64,000 bases of DNA from Haliotis rufescens (lineage: Eukaryota). Made by a program: the position numbers and the translations under genes. The notes beneath the pieces were generated by a model. That model ran no database searches. It was not told where the DNA came from and saw only the letters and a list, made by a program, of their open reading frames with translations. Shown here piece by piece: positions 40,609 to 53,319 of the stretch. Position 1 is the first letter of the stretch, and each line of letters starts with the position of its first letter. Location of the stretch: NCBI RefSeq assembly GCF_023055435.1, contig NW_025964372.1, positions 33,108,001 through 33,172,000 of the forward strand, read 5' to 3'.

Positions 40609-43600
40609 ATGAGAAGTCGAAAGCCGTTGCTTGTATTGAGTTTGGTGACTATATTTTGTTTCCTACTCACCACGGTAGTGCTACTTGGAACCCTGACAAC
40701 AGTGGGCCCTTATGTCAGTAAAAATGATCATCATCTCAAGGCTAAGAACGTTTTTTATCCCGAACCGTAAGTACTTTGATTTTTTAACAAACTACAATGA
40801 TCGAGAATTGTTTCAAACTATTGAGTATGCATGCACTCATAGATATTCCAGTTCACCAGAGGTTGCCTGTAAATAATCGAATCTGGCCCAGTTATTGGAA
40901 TTGGAGGCTGGGATGTTTGTTTGATATTTGATATTTTGTTTCCTACTCACCATGGGAGTGCTACTTGGAGCCCTGTCAACAATGGGTAAAAATTATCATC
41001 GTCTCAAGGCTAAGAACGTTTTTTATTCTGAACCGTAAGTACTTGGACTTTTAACGAACTACAATGATTGAGAACTGTTTCAAGCTATTGAGTTTGCATG
41101 ACGCAATATTTCAGCTGACCAGAGCTGATTAATTTATAGTTAGCTCTTCAACACATACGCTGTCTAACATTTCTCGTGAGTGAGTGAGTGAGTGAGTGAG
41201 TGAGTGAGTGAGTGAGTGAGTTGGGTTTAACGCCACTTTTAACAGTATTCCAGTTATATTACGGCGTGTCAGTTTAATGTGGGAGGAAAGCCCGAAGTGA
41301 TACAGGTCTACCTCTTCGGTGAAACCCACGAGCACGGCTATGCTGCTTACAAACCTAGGGACATAATCGGGGCGAACCGGTATTCGAAGCCAAGGGACGC
41401 AATTCTGCACAGCGAATCGCGGCCCCTTAGACGACAGGGCCACCCGTGATGGTGGAATATGTGTAGAGTCGTTTTTCTGTACTCAGAACACATTATCTTC
41501 GGAACTTCCTGCATGTCAAGTAACGATATATTATGTTGAAACATGAGGATATATTTTTTCCATGTATTTTCATATTAGAAAAATATCAAATGGTCGGCCC
41601 TGAGTTTAATGAGAGCGAATGAATGAATTTGTGAGTTGGATTTTGTGCCAGTTTTAGCAATATTAAATCTTTTCCATGTTCTTTCGACAACATATGTTCA
41701 TATTAGAAAAACATCAAATGGTCGGCCCTGTGTTCAAAGCAAATGAATGAATTTGTGAGTTGGATTTTACGCGAAATTAAGCAATAGTATAGCAATAACA
41801 CGGCAGGGTACAATATAAAGGGTTTCAATTATTTTTCCCATATGGGGAATCGAATCCGGCCCTTCATCGTGACGAGCGTACGATTTAACCACTAGGCTAC
41901 CCCAGTGCCCCTTGTTCAATCGGAATTGATAAAGGATTTATTATAGTTCAGTAAATAAGTAAGCGCATTATGTTTTAGTTTCTGTAGAACAGTAACACAC
42001 CTAGTCTTAACCGAACATTTAAACACAGTACATTAAGAGTTGGTGCTACACTTTGAATCCGTTTTGTTTAAATAAAGCATTGCATTTGAATAGACGGGCT
42101 GATCACCAGGTTATCAGTGTATGGACTATTAAAGGACAGCAGCCGCCCATAAACATTTTTTTCTCAAAATCATCCAACTCAGTTACACAAGCCAAACGAA
42201 TGAAGGTCTAGATAACATTATCTCTCATTATCCAGTGTAATATATGTTCCTTCTCCTTCTATGTAGCTGGAAACAAGCGTTGAAATTACCATTCGGATCC
42301 TTATGTCGCCTCCCGTCGTACTACAACTCTGTAATAGACTCAGGAAAACATATTTAACGGGTAAAGATTGATTAATAACAGTATTCATTTGTTTTAAACT
42401 CACCTTCAAAATATAGACTGGGTCTGCCATTTTTAATATGAACCTGTGTCGAATTTCATACGAGGCATTTTATTGTTTATTTCGATCTCATGATGGAGGG
42501 GAATTCTGTACTAAATTAGTGACTGAATTTATTTTTTTTTAAACCCAAAAGGTCAAACCTTATGACCTTGATCCCCATTATCTCGAACGTACTGATATAT
42601 AGAACCTGTTCTCCGGTCCCGACCGTCTTGCTGTATAATGCTCATGCTCGGTATCTCTAATGTCCGGATATGTCGAAGTAACAACACGGTCCTGCTAGGC
42701 TCGAGATAACGGGGTTCGACTGTAGTTTTGGATAAGAGACTGTCGGCACATCTCGGCATAGAAGGGCCATTTCAAACAAAGGTGATAAAAGACAAAGTCT
42801 ACCTTCTCTACTCAGACTCATTCGTCTGTCGTTCTCTTTCATCAAAATTATGACTAGAGCACCGAAAAGATCAAAATGTCATACGATAAATATTTAACAA
42901 TTACTTTGGATAAATAACTTTCAAAATGAATACTGGCTTTCAATGAGGTATACAATTCTAATTTAGGATATTGTTGTTGATTCTGTTGATTGATATCAGT
43001 ACACCTGTTTGTAAAAAGATGTTAAATGACTAATCATTTCAACACCTTGATCAATCTGAACTGTATCTAAATGCTATGTTTTTACATGAAATCCCCAAAA
43101 CATAATATCCTTATTTACAGAAAGTACTTGATACAAATACACCTGCTTCAGATATAACATTACACTCTTGATACTGAAATATCTGAAGCAGATATGTCTG
43201 TTATCACATTAGACTTTTGATAATACCCGTGAAGATCCGGGGTAGAACAGGTCTTCAGCAACCCATGCTTGTCGTAAGATGCGACTAACGGGATCGGATG
43301 GTCAGGATCGCTGACTTGGTTGATGCATGTCATCGTATCCGCCCAATCGCGTGGATCGATGCTCATGATGTCAATCACTGGATTGTCTGGTCCAGACACG
43401 ATTATTTACAGACCGCCGTCATATATCTGGAATATTGCTGAGTGCGGTGTTAAACAACCAACAAACAAACTTCAGAGGACGTTTGGTTTGGTTTTAACAA
43501 ATTGTCCCGCATCTTTGAGAATAGTGATGTACCTGTTGCCACTGTGTTCAGTAAACGAATCTATGAAAGATTTATAATTAATTCTGTCACGTCAAAGCAA

Positions 43601-46064
43601 CCATTATCCCACAAGACAAATTTGAGGAAACACTTCATTCCCCTTATATTTATGTAACGGTTTGGATGTACAAAGTATCACGTTTCCACAGGCAAATTAT
43701 TAATTTCCTCCAACTTTAATACTTTATTTGTTTCTTTCTTTCTAAGGGAAACAGAATCAGTGATACGCGATTATTCCTTACCCGTCCACACATATAAGCA
43801 AGGAACAATTGATGCTAAGAAATCATACAGACTTGCATCTCTTTTACAAAAAATGTTGAAAACTCATCCAAGACAAGCGGATGATTATTTCGGATTTAAC
43901 GTCACGAGAAGTGACGAGATCTCGGTGATGAGAGACGTACCTGATGCTAGACCATCTGAATGCAAAAACAGGAATTTCAACTACTCTTCTCTTCCAACAT
44001 TATCAATTGTCACTCCATTCTACAACGAGGCTCTGACGCCATTATTACGTCACGTTCACGCCATTTTGTCCCGAACTCCGCCACATCTCCTGATGGAGGT
44101 AATTCTAGTGGATGATAACAGCACCTTTTCATATCTGGGTGAAGACCTACAAGAATATTTCAGAATCTTGGATTCACGAATTCGAATAATACGTAACAAA
44201 GAGCGAAAGGGTTTGATACTTTCAAGACTGCAAGGGGAAGAAGAAGCACGTGGAGAAGTCGTGGTTTTCCTTGATGCTCATATGGAGGTTTGTGAGGGTT
44301 GGGCAGAACCACTGCTGGAGAGGATTAAGAGTCAGCCAGCCATTGTGGTCCAAGCACATCCCATTGGGATTAATGACCATACAATTCGCTTAGACACTGG
44401 GGAACCTTTACGGTCCACGGGAGGTTTTGGATGGGACATGAGGTAAGACTGGGATGCAATTTTTAAAATACAAAGTCATATATAACCAATATCCTTGCTT
44501 TGTGTGTCACCTTTGGTGGAATATTATACTATGTCAAATTATTTGCAATTAATTTGCAGCCCATCTGCAATAATGGTGACATTATGTTCAATTAAGAAAA
44601 TGAAGTGAGTGAATATGGTTTTACGCCGCTTTTAGCAATATTCCAGCAATATCACGGCACGGGACACCAGAAATTGGCTTCACACATTGTACCGATGTCA
44701 AGAATCGAACCCGGGTGTTCAGCATGGCGTGCGAACGCTTGAACCACTAGGCTGCCCGATCGCCCCAAAGAAAATGAAGCATGTGAGTGACTATTTCATA
44801 TTTTAGTGACGACCACAGTAATGCAGATGAAAAACGTGTTCCTTAATGGTGAAACACGATTATGGTACTAAGAAGACAAGAATAAAACTCAGAGTGAATC
44901 TGGGGTTCGAATTTGCTATAATCCTATTCTGGTGTAAGGGACGCAAATCTGCACAATACATTTGGGGATCAACCACAGTTTTAAAGACCATACGTCCTGT
45001 ATGGTATGCCAAATGAATGAAAACAGTTGTAGGGTTTGATAATAGTTATTTAGTCACCTTTTCGTTTTGCTTGCACCTGATGCTACATTGTAAAGATAAA
45101 AATGCCAAATATGCAATGCTGGTACACCTGTCATGTTCATCTCAACAGTTACGCTTGGTTTCCTCTACCTCCATATTTGAATCAGTTTCGGGCATCCGAC
45201 TGGGAACCATTTCCCACCCCAGTACTACAAGGATCCTGTATCGCCGTCAGAAAGTCCTACTTTAATGCCGTCGGACGTTTCGATCCAGGTCTTAAGATCT
45301 GGGGATGTGAACACTTTGACCTATCCTTTAATGTCTGGATGACAGGAGGAAGAATTGAAACAGTACCTTGTTCAGGGGTTGGCCACATCTACAAAAAAAA
45401 CAAATACAGTTTTGGTTCAAATGAAAGGGTGCATACGATTTTGAAAAATTATCTACGTGTATCGGAGGTGTGGATGGATGAATATAAATATTTTGTCCGT
45501 GCTGCAATCTCCCATATTCGTAATCCTCTGCCAGTGTTTACGGAAGCTGAACTGAGGTCTTTACAGGAAAGAAAGAAGTTGCGACAAGAGCGTAATAGTA
45601 AGTCATTTGCTTGGTTCTTGAAGAGTGTCCATACTGAACAGATTATTCCATCGAAGGAAGATGTGTCTTTTGGAGAAATAAAAAACACAAAGAGTGAGCA
45701 GTGCTGGTTTGTATTTGAGGACGAGTATGTAGGTACAACTGTACGATGCGACCTCATAATAAAAGAACAAACATTTTCTTTGGATAGGTATGGGAGACTG
45801 AAATATCTGGACAGGTGTGTTGGATATGATGAGTCGACGTTTCTTCTGCAGATCAAAGAGTGTCCATCCAAATCTGAGTCGGAAACATCGATGACATGGG
45901 TACATGCGAATCACAATTTGATGACTGCGTATCATTCGGAGTATATTTGTGCTTCTCAAGCTAGATCAACATTTCCGATCCACACTGGGAAGGATCTAGT
46001 ACAATTACAGACATGTGCCCAAAAAAACGAATACCAAACATGGAAGTTTATGTTTGAATTTTAG
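40609..46064 (+). CDS. GALNT: Polypeptide N-acetylgalactosaminyltransferase, array copy C; exons 40609..40766, 43747..44442, 45149..46064, ~589 aa
   Basis: Open frame over three exons with GT-AG junctions; DAH intact; WGGE changed to WGCE. Confidence 0.9.
40930..41040 (+). pseudogene. Diverged partial duplicate of GALNT exon 1 within intron 1 of copy C
   Basis: ATATTTTGTTTCCTACTCACC...GAACC|GTAAGT repeats the 3' two-thirds of exon 1 with substitutions and a small deletion. Confidence 0.8.
41177..41447 (-). mobile_element. SINE family B with expanded (GAGT)n tail
   Basis: Family match. Confidence 0.8.
42578..42725. mobile_element. Tigger/pogo-like MITE fragment
   Basis: One end reads TA|CAGTCGAACCCCGTTATCTCGA on the minus strand; other end degraded. 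Confidence 0.5.
43225..43470 (+). mobile_element. SINE-like family D, near-consensus
   Basis: ACCCGTGAAGATCCGGGGTAGAACAGGTCTTCAGC...GGAATATTGCTGAGTGCGGTGTTAAAC(AAAC)n. Confidence 0.85.
44606..44767 (-). mobile_element. SINE family A
   Basis: Family match, flanked by AAGAAAATGAAG direct repeats. Confidence 0.8.
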
Positions 46065-47454
46065 TGACGAGGGAAAGACTTTGAACGATTCTTTGATAAA
46101 TATGTGGATAAAACTGAAAAGCTAAATATCATCGTGGTGACCTTTGGAATGATTTTCAAGAACATACAAGATGATTAACCTTAATGTTTAAACGGGATAT
46201 TCAAAAAATTACTTTTTCATTTTGAAGTTCTAGGAAAGAAATGTTGATAAAATTCACACAAAATGTCACCACGCCTGACCACCTTATCTATTTGGTCCCC
46301 TCTAACGACCAGCATAGGTTGCTTGGCACCAATTCTAATCCGGGATCCCGGTAAAATAATGCAACGAGTTAATGTTTTCAATTGTGTTCTATTAATTGTA
46401 ATTGAATTAAATTGTGAAAATGATAATGACTTTGTTTATTATTTTCAATATGTTTCTGACAATGTAAATCCGCTGCATTGAAATTTGAATGAATGAGTGT
46501 GTAACGGTGCTGTGCATAGCATTTCTTTTATATCTTGGCGTGTCAGCTTTACGTCGGAGAAAAGAATGAAGTGATGCAGATCTTTGACGTGTTCCTCTTT
46601 GGTGAAAACCACGAGCATGGGAATGGTATTGACAAAGCTTGAACCTTAGTAACTAAATTCATGTTGTCATTAATACATAAGCTTACGAGTTACCCCTGAG
46701 ATTGAATCGAAAAATAACCTCGCCATGATTACAATGGAAACGATTCGGTGAAATACGACAAAAATATAACAGGGTGTTAAATTAGTATTGAAATATTTCT
46801 TTTCAACTAAACATTAATACTTTATTCATGTTCACAATTTCATAATTTCACAAAATAAGTGACGTTAGATTGTAAAACGGCTACGATTTGTGAACGTGAA
46901 ATTTAAGGTAACTTCCAGAACATTCTATTTCGTATATTCATGTATGTTTCTATTCCGAACAACATGAACAATGGTCCTAAAGCTATAGTACTGAAATGGG
47001 ATATAAACCTTTTGTGATCCTCTTTAGGGGTTTCAAACCTAGATTGAAACCTGTAAATTTTATTCAGATCGAGAGCGATGGCGTGAGGTTTCAAATTTTT
47101 AAAAAAACAAATACTTTTATAAAATCACCTATCCCAGATATCCTATAAACATTATGCAAGCTGTCATTCCTAGATAAAATATAGCATCCCTTGCAATATT
47201 TATTTGTGAAGTACACAACACTAGAATGACGTCATAATGTAACCCCAAAATTCAAGTGTGTTTTCGCCTAACGCATATTCACACATTTGTTTAGAATAAT
47301 CTAGGACACCCCAAAACATATATTTTACCCATGAGGCGAATCAAACAATGTTTGTCGTTATGGGAAACTGTTTTAATCTTTTATATTCCATTCTAATCTA
47401 AGTAAATGTGAATATAAATGTCAACGCCAGAGAAAAACTAGTCTCGATTATTCG

Positions 47455-47591
47455 AGTGAGTGAGTATGGTCTTAAGCCGCTGTTAGCAATATTCCAGCAT
47501 TATCACGATGGAGGACACCAGAAATGGGCTTCACACTTTGTACCCATGTCGATAAGCGAACGCTTTAACCATTAGGCTACCCGACCGCCCC
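47455..47591 (-). mobile_element. SINE family A (internal deletion)
   Basis: Flanked by TCTCGATTATTCGA direct repeats. Confidence 0.8.
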
Positions 47592-47697
47592 TCTCGATTA
47601 TTCGACGAAACAGATATCAATTTTATTGATTTGATGCAAGTAAAAACTATATGTAAATTTGGAATTACGTCTGTTGTGTTAAAGTGTAGACATTAAT

Positions 47698-47779
47698 ATA
47701 TGTTATGTTATGTTATGTTATGTTATGTTATGTTATGTTATGTTATGTTATGTTATGTTATGTTATGTTATGTTATGTT
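47698..47779. repeat. (TGTTA)n microsatellite
   Basis: About 16 perfect units. Confidence 0.97.
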
Positions 47780-48499
47780 TGCCTCAGAATAACCTAGAAT
47801 AGCGCAATCGTTAATTTCACAACACCGTATCGATCATCTGTACATTTATCTGAGCTTCAGAAGATCTTTCAATCAACCAAGTTAGCGAGCCAGACCACCC
47901 GATCCCGTTTACGACAAGCAAATTCCCCTTTACGGCAAGCATGGGTTGCTGAAGACCTATTCTAACCCGGATGTTAACGGGTCTCAAAATTTATTCTGAA
48001 AGTATCTGAAACGTTTCGGTTCAATACCCAGCTGTTGAGAAGTTACCGATGTTTTCCGCTGACAACTGTCAATTTATCATATTATATATACGAAGTGGTC
48101 TGGATTAAAATGCATATGACGTCTGTCGCATCCGCTCTTTTCATTTACTCATCAATAAAGTGAAATGTTAAAATGTACAATCGAATATGTGCCGTGACCT
48201 ATTGGTGGTGCACTGGTTTCTTTGGTGTTGCCATTTTCTTTTGCAACAGCTTGGAATTCAGTTCGATGTATTGGTATCGATTAGTCATGACTATTTCATG
48301 AGAGATGAACACTTTCAGCATGATATCATGCACACCATTGTATTTAAAGTGGTAAGAAATGAAAAATGGGATCATGAGGGGTTAATATTAATTTATTTCA
48401 TTAACTCATGCAAAACACGCGAGCCGTAACATATATTTCCCGCCACCTCTCTAAGTATAGCCGTTGTCACCGCCCTCGCATTCGCCACTCAGCACTGTT

Positions 48500-49183
48500 T
48501 AGTATTGCCCCTGGTCCTAACCCTCGCCCTCGTTTCAGTCAAGTATCTCCCTCGTCCCAGTAATGTATTGCCTTGGCCCTAACCCTCGCCCTCGTTACAG
48601 TCAAGTATCTCCCTCGTCCCAGTAATGTATTGCCTTGGCCCTAACCCTCGCCCTAGTTTCAGTCAAGTATCTCCCTCGTCCCAGTAATGTATTGCCGTGG
48701 CCCTAACCCTCGCCCTCGTTACAGTCAAGTATCTCCCTCGTCCCAGTAATGTATTGCCGTGGCCCTAACCTTCGCCCTCGCTACAGTCAAGTATCTCCCT
48801 CGTCCCAGTAATGTATTGCCGTGGCCCTAACCCTCGCCCTCGTTACAGTCAAGTATCTCCCTCGTCCCAGTAATGTATTGCCGTGGTCCTAACCCTCGCC
48901 CTCGTTACAGTCAAGTATCTCCCTCGTCCCAGTAATGTATTGCCGTGGCCCTAACCCTCGCCCTCGTTACAGTCAAGTATCTCCCTCGTCCCAGTAATGT
49001 ATTGCCGTGGTCCTAACCCTCGCCCTCGTTACAGTCAAGTATCTCCCTCGTCCCAGTAATGTATTGCCGTGGCCCTAACCCTCGCCCTCGTTACAGTCAA
49101 GTATCTCCCTCGTCCCAGTAATGTATTGCCTTGGCCCTAACCCTCGCCCTCGTTACAGTCAAGTATCTCCCTCGTCCCAGTAA
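48500..49183. repeat. 62-bp minisatellite, ~11 copies
   Basis: Unit GCCGTGGCCCTAACCCTCGCCCTCGTTACAGTCAAGTATCTCCCTCGTCCCAGTAATGTATT; period 62. Confidence 0.95.
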
Positions 49184-49364
49184 ATTATCGCCCTCGCCCT
49201 TGCCTTCGCTCTCAACAACAGCCGTCGTCCCAAAGTATTGCCGTTTGCAAGGTCCTCACCCTCACTGACCCAAACATTGTGGTCCACGAATATAAAACGT
49301 CAATACCAGAGAATAACCAGTCGAAACAGATGACAAAATAACCGTGAAATGTATATGGTTGGAT

Positions 49365-49426
49365 CAGTGTTGACACCAGGTGTGTCAGTGATGACACCAG
49401 GTGTGTCAGTGATGACACCAGGTGTT
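49365..49426. repeat. 21-bp tandem repeat x3 adjoining a Penelope-like terminal motif
   Basis: CAGTGATGACACCAGGTGTGT x3, then on the minus strand CGGGTGCTACCGGTAGTGTAGGACATGCTTACTCC..GGAACACCTG, which resembles molluscan Penelope-type ends. Confidence 0.55.
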
Positions 49427-49822
49427 CCCCAAAGGAGTAAGCATGTCCTACACTACCGGTAGCACCCGGCACACCTGACATAAACGCGAGTCAAACACAT
49501 TCACTCTGGAAATGTGGAGCGTACGAGATGCTTTGAATGTGTACCAGACAGGTAAATAAAATCGACGAAGTCCTTTTCATAATCGAAAGGAAATATCTGC
49601 TAAAAACAGACTCAATTGTACCAACCACTATGAAATAGTAAGACAAGTAAGACAACATACAGCAATTATTTTCATGAAGTTTTCTTTGGTATACTTTGAC
49701 GCCCCATCTGTATATGGTTCTTTTTTGTCATACGCCAAATAAACAATCGTTCTGTTGAAGAAAAACCAGCAGAAGTTGAACAGACGTATTCAGCATAGGT
49801 ATTACCCAACATGGGTTGAATA

Positions 49823-51181
49823 AGTGGCAAAGCAATGAGGATATCGTTTTACAGTTAACACATTGTTTAACACATTGAAGGCCTGCAGTGGCATAGCAAT
49901 GAGGATATCGTTTTACAGTGAACACATGTTTAACATATTGAAGGCCTGCAGTGACATAGCAATGAGGATATCGTTTTACAGTTGACACATGTTTAACATA
50001 TTGAAGGCCTGCAGTGGCATAGCAACGAGGATATCGTTTTACAGTTAACACATTGTTTAACACATTGAAGGCATGCAGTGGCATAGCAATGAGGATATCG
50101 TTTTACAGTTAACACATGTTTAACATATTGAAGGCATGCACTGGCAAGGTACTGAGGATATCGTTTTACAGTTAACACATTGTTTAACACATTGAAGGCC
50201 TGCAGTGGCATAGCAATGAGGAAATCGTTTTACAGTTAACACATGTTTAACACATTTAAGGCATGAAGTGGCATAGCAATGAGGATATCGTTTTACAGTG
50301 AACACATGTTTAACACATTTAAGGCATGAAGTGGCATAGCAATGAGGATATCGTTTTACAGTTAACACATGTTTAACACATTTAAGGCATGAAGTGGCAT
50401 AGCAATGAGGATATCGTTTTACAGTGAACACATTGTTTAACACATTGAAGGCCTGCAGTGGCATAGCAATGAGGATATCGTTTTACAGTTAACACATGTT
50501 TAACACATTGAAGGCATGCAGTGGCATAGTACTGAGGATATCGTTTTACAGTTAACAAATTGTTTAACACATTGAAGGCCTGCAGTGGCATAGCACTGAG
50601 GATATCGTTTTACAGTTAACACATGTTTAACACATTTAAGGCATGAAGTGGCATAGCAATAAGGATATCGTTTTACAGTGAACACATTGTTTAACACATT
50701 GAAGGCCTGCAGTGGCATAGCAATGAGAATATCGTTTTACAGTTAACACATGTTTAACACATTTAAGGCATGCAGTGGCATAGTACTGAGGATATCGTTT
50801 TACAGTTAATACATTGTTTAACACATTGAAGGCCTGCAGTGGCATAGCAATGAGGATATCGTTTTACAGTTAACACATGTTTAACATATTGAAGGCATGA
50901 AGTGGCATAGTACTGGGGATATCGTTTTACAGTGAAGACATTGTTTAACACATTGAAGGCATGCAGTGGCATAGTACTGGGGATATCGTTTTACAGTTAA
51001 CACATTGTTTAACACATTGAAGGTATGCAGTGGCATAGCAATGAGGATATCGTTTTACAGTTAACACATTGTTTAACACATTGAAGGCATGCAGTGGCAT
51101 AGTACTGGGGATATCGTTTTAAAGTTAACGCATTGTTTAACACATTGAAGGCATTGAAGGCATGCAGTGGCACAGTACTGG
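49823..51181. repeat. 63/64-bp satellite, ~21 copies, partly as 127-bp dimers
   Basis: Unit GTGGCATAGCAATGAGGATATCGTTTTACAGTTAACACA(T)TGTTTAACACATTGAAGGCCTGCA. Confidence 0.95.
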
Positions 51182-51659
51182 TACAAAAAGTAAGTGAGAA
51201 GCAATATTCTAGTCATGGCACAGCGGGGACACCAAACTTGAACTTGAGCATGTTGTTTTGTTCTGTTACAAAACGAGTGTCGCAATTATTGTAATTTTCG
51301 AACGATAGCGAGGAAAATACAAAATCATGATTTTAATTGCGTAAAATCTATTCATACACACTAATAATTATCTGTTTTGAGGATTATGTGTCGTGTTTAT
51401 TGAAAACTGTGTCTAGACACAAACAGTCAACATGACGTCACATTATAATGGTGTGACGTCATTACGATTGGGGCATGAGTACATTTTACTTCAACAATGC
51501 CGTCCATCTTGCTTACATGTCCGAATGTTATGATCTGACTGGTTCACGTGATCTTGAGGAAATAAACTAAAATTAATACCAAAAATGAATTGGTCATCTC
51601 TGCATGGATTGGTGTTGTTTTGTGTGGAAAGAATGATGTACTTCAGAAATTTTGTGAAA

Positions 51660-52898
51660 ACATGGACAATTCGCAAAAACACAACTGGGTGAGACCCTGG
51701 CGTCGAAATACACCAACAGGAGATGCACATGCAACATCACTTGTTGGGGAATAAAACGTTGGGTTTTACATGCCATCACAATCTCACAGCAAGTGAACAA
51801 CGAAAATATGCCACGACTGACGGAAGTCCAACGGCCGTAGTAAACAGGAGAATCATCTTCAGCTGTAGCCAGGTTTTTCCACGTAGCACCAAGCACCATT
51901 ATAAGACTGTGGAACAGTTATCATAACCTCAACAACTACGACAATACCAGGATTGCGAAGGATATTAGCCCAGACAGGGAGGAATCGTTTACGTGCTGCA
52001 GGTATTCGCGCTAGACAACCTGTTAGAGGTGTTATTTTGACGGACCTGCATCGTCCGAAGGGACGTCAATGGTGTCAAGGTCACGGACCTGCATCGTCGA
52101 TAGGGACGTCAATGGTGTCAAGGTCACAGAGTAGGGCCACAACTACGATGGAGACGAGTTTAGTTTAGTGACGAGTCATGTTTTACGCTTCGCCGTGCAG
52201 ATGGTAGATGTCGTGTATACAGGCGTCTCGGGGAACGTTATGCACGGAACTGCATACATGAAGTGGACAGATTTGGCGGTGGTCGTGTGATAATGGCGGC
52301 AGCCATCTCCTACACCTACACTGGTAGAACAGACTTTGTGCAAGTTCTGGGGAATTTATCGGCACAACGTTACACGGATGAGATTATTCGGCCACACGTC
52401 CTTCCCTTTATGCAACAAGCAAAGGTCAATTTCCAGCAATACCTAACACGGCAAAACTGACAACAGCCTTTTTCAGGAATCACAACATCCAGGTCCTCCT
52501 GCCATGGCCCTCAAGATCTCCAGATTGTTAACTCAATCGAATAAATATGCACTGGATCAATGACTGCGAGCACGTCAGCATCAACCACGGAACTTCCGAC
52601 AGTTGGCACAGGCACTGCAGGCAGGGTGGGTGAACATTCCCAAGGCCACAATTAGGGATCTGATTGCGTCCATGGTATGACGATGCCATTCACTGTTGGA
52701 ATCCAATGGTGGTCATACAAAATATTGAGAACAGATGACCTCCACCTTGAAAATCTACTGTTCCATTAGCGCCATATTGAACCTGAGTCATGAGAATGAT
52801 GTGTGCCATTTTGGAATAATCCATTATCATGGATTATTTTTATGATGTATAGAATATACATCTAAAAATCACTTCAGCGAGGTTTTTTTGGCGGAGTA
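51660..52898 (+). mobile_element. Decayed Tc1-like transposon
   Basis: Fragments in several frames: RNRLRAAGIRARQP, FSDES, DGRCRVYRR, DRFGGG, FQQ, PWPSRSPD, GGHTKY*; ends ...TTTTTGGCGGAGTA|TA. Confidence 0.85.
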
Positions 52899-52967
52899 TA
52901 TTATGGGAAAGTACTTCTTACAGTCAAGGTCCCTTTCAAATAAATATATCAACAACAATCACCTGAT

Positions 52968-53319
52968 GGTGAGTTGAGGTGAAATTGGGTTTAACGTCTC
53001 GTCCAAGATTATTGCATTTATATGGCGATGTTCATGCACGTGTATATGTGGCTGCTTGTACTAGTCCGGACTGATGCCGATTTATAGTGCTAGCTTACTG
53101 AGATACCATGCCGCAGTTTAACACGAATACCCCACTCAGACACAGTATACTGACTCCGAGCCGACCAGTTCTTGTTTTAGCCCCTTAATGCAGAGCGCCA
53201 GACAGGATAACAATAAGTACCATCATTTAACGTCTTTTGGTATGACGCGGCCGGGGATCGAACCCCGGACCTTCCGCTCTCCGGGCGGACTCTCTACCAC
53301 AAGGCCACGGAAGCGGTCC
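52968..53319 (-). mobile_element. SINE family C
   Basis: Matches 15635-15994. Confidence 0.85.

Noticed and set aside
48500-51181. Tandem arrays as CRISPR arrays or repetitive proteins
   Set aside because: Units are contiguous with no unique spacers, there are no cas genes, and the context is eukaryotic; the ORFs are by-products of the repeat
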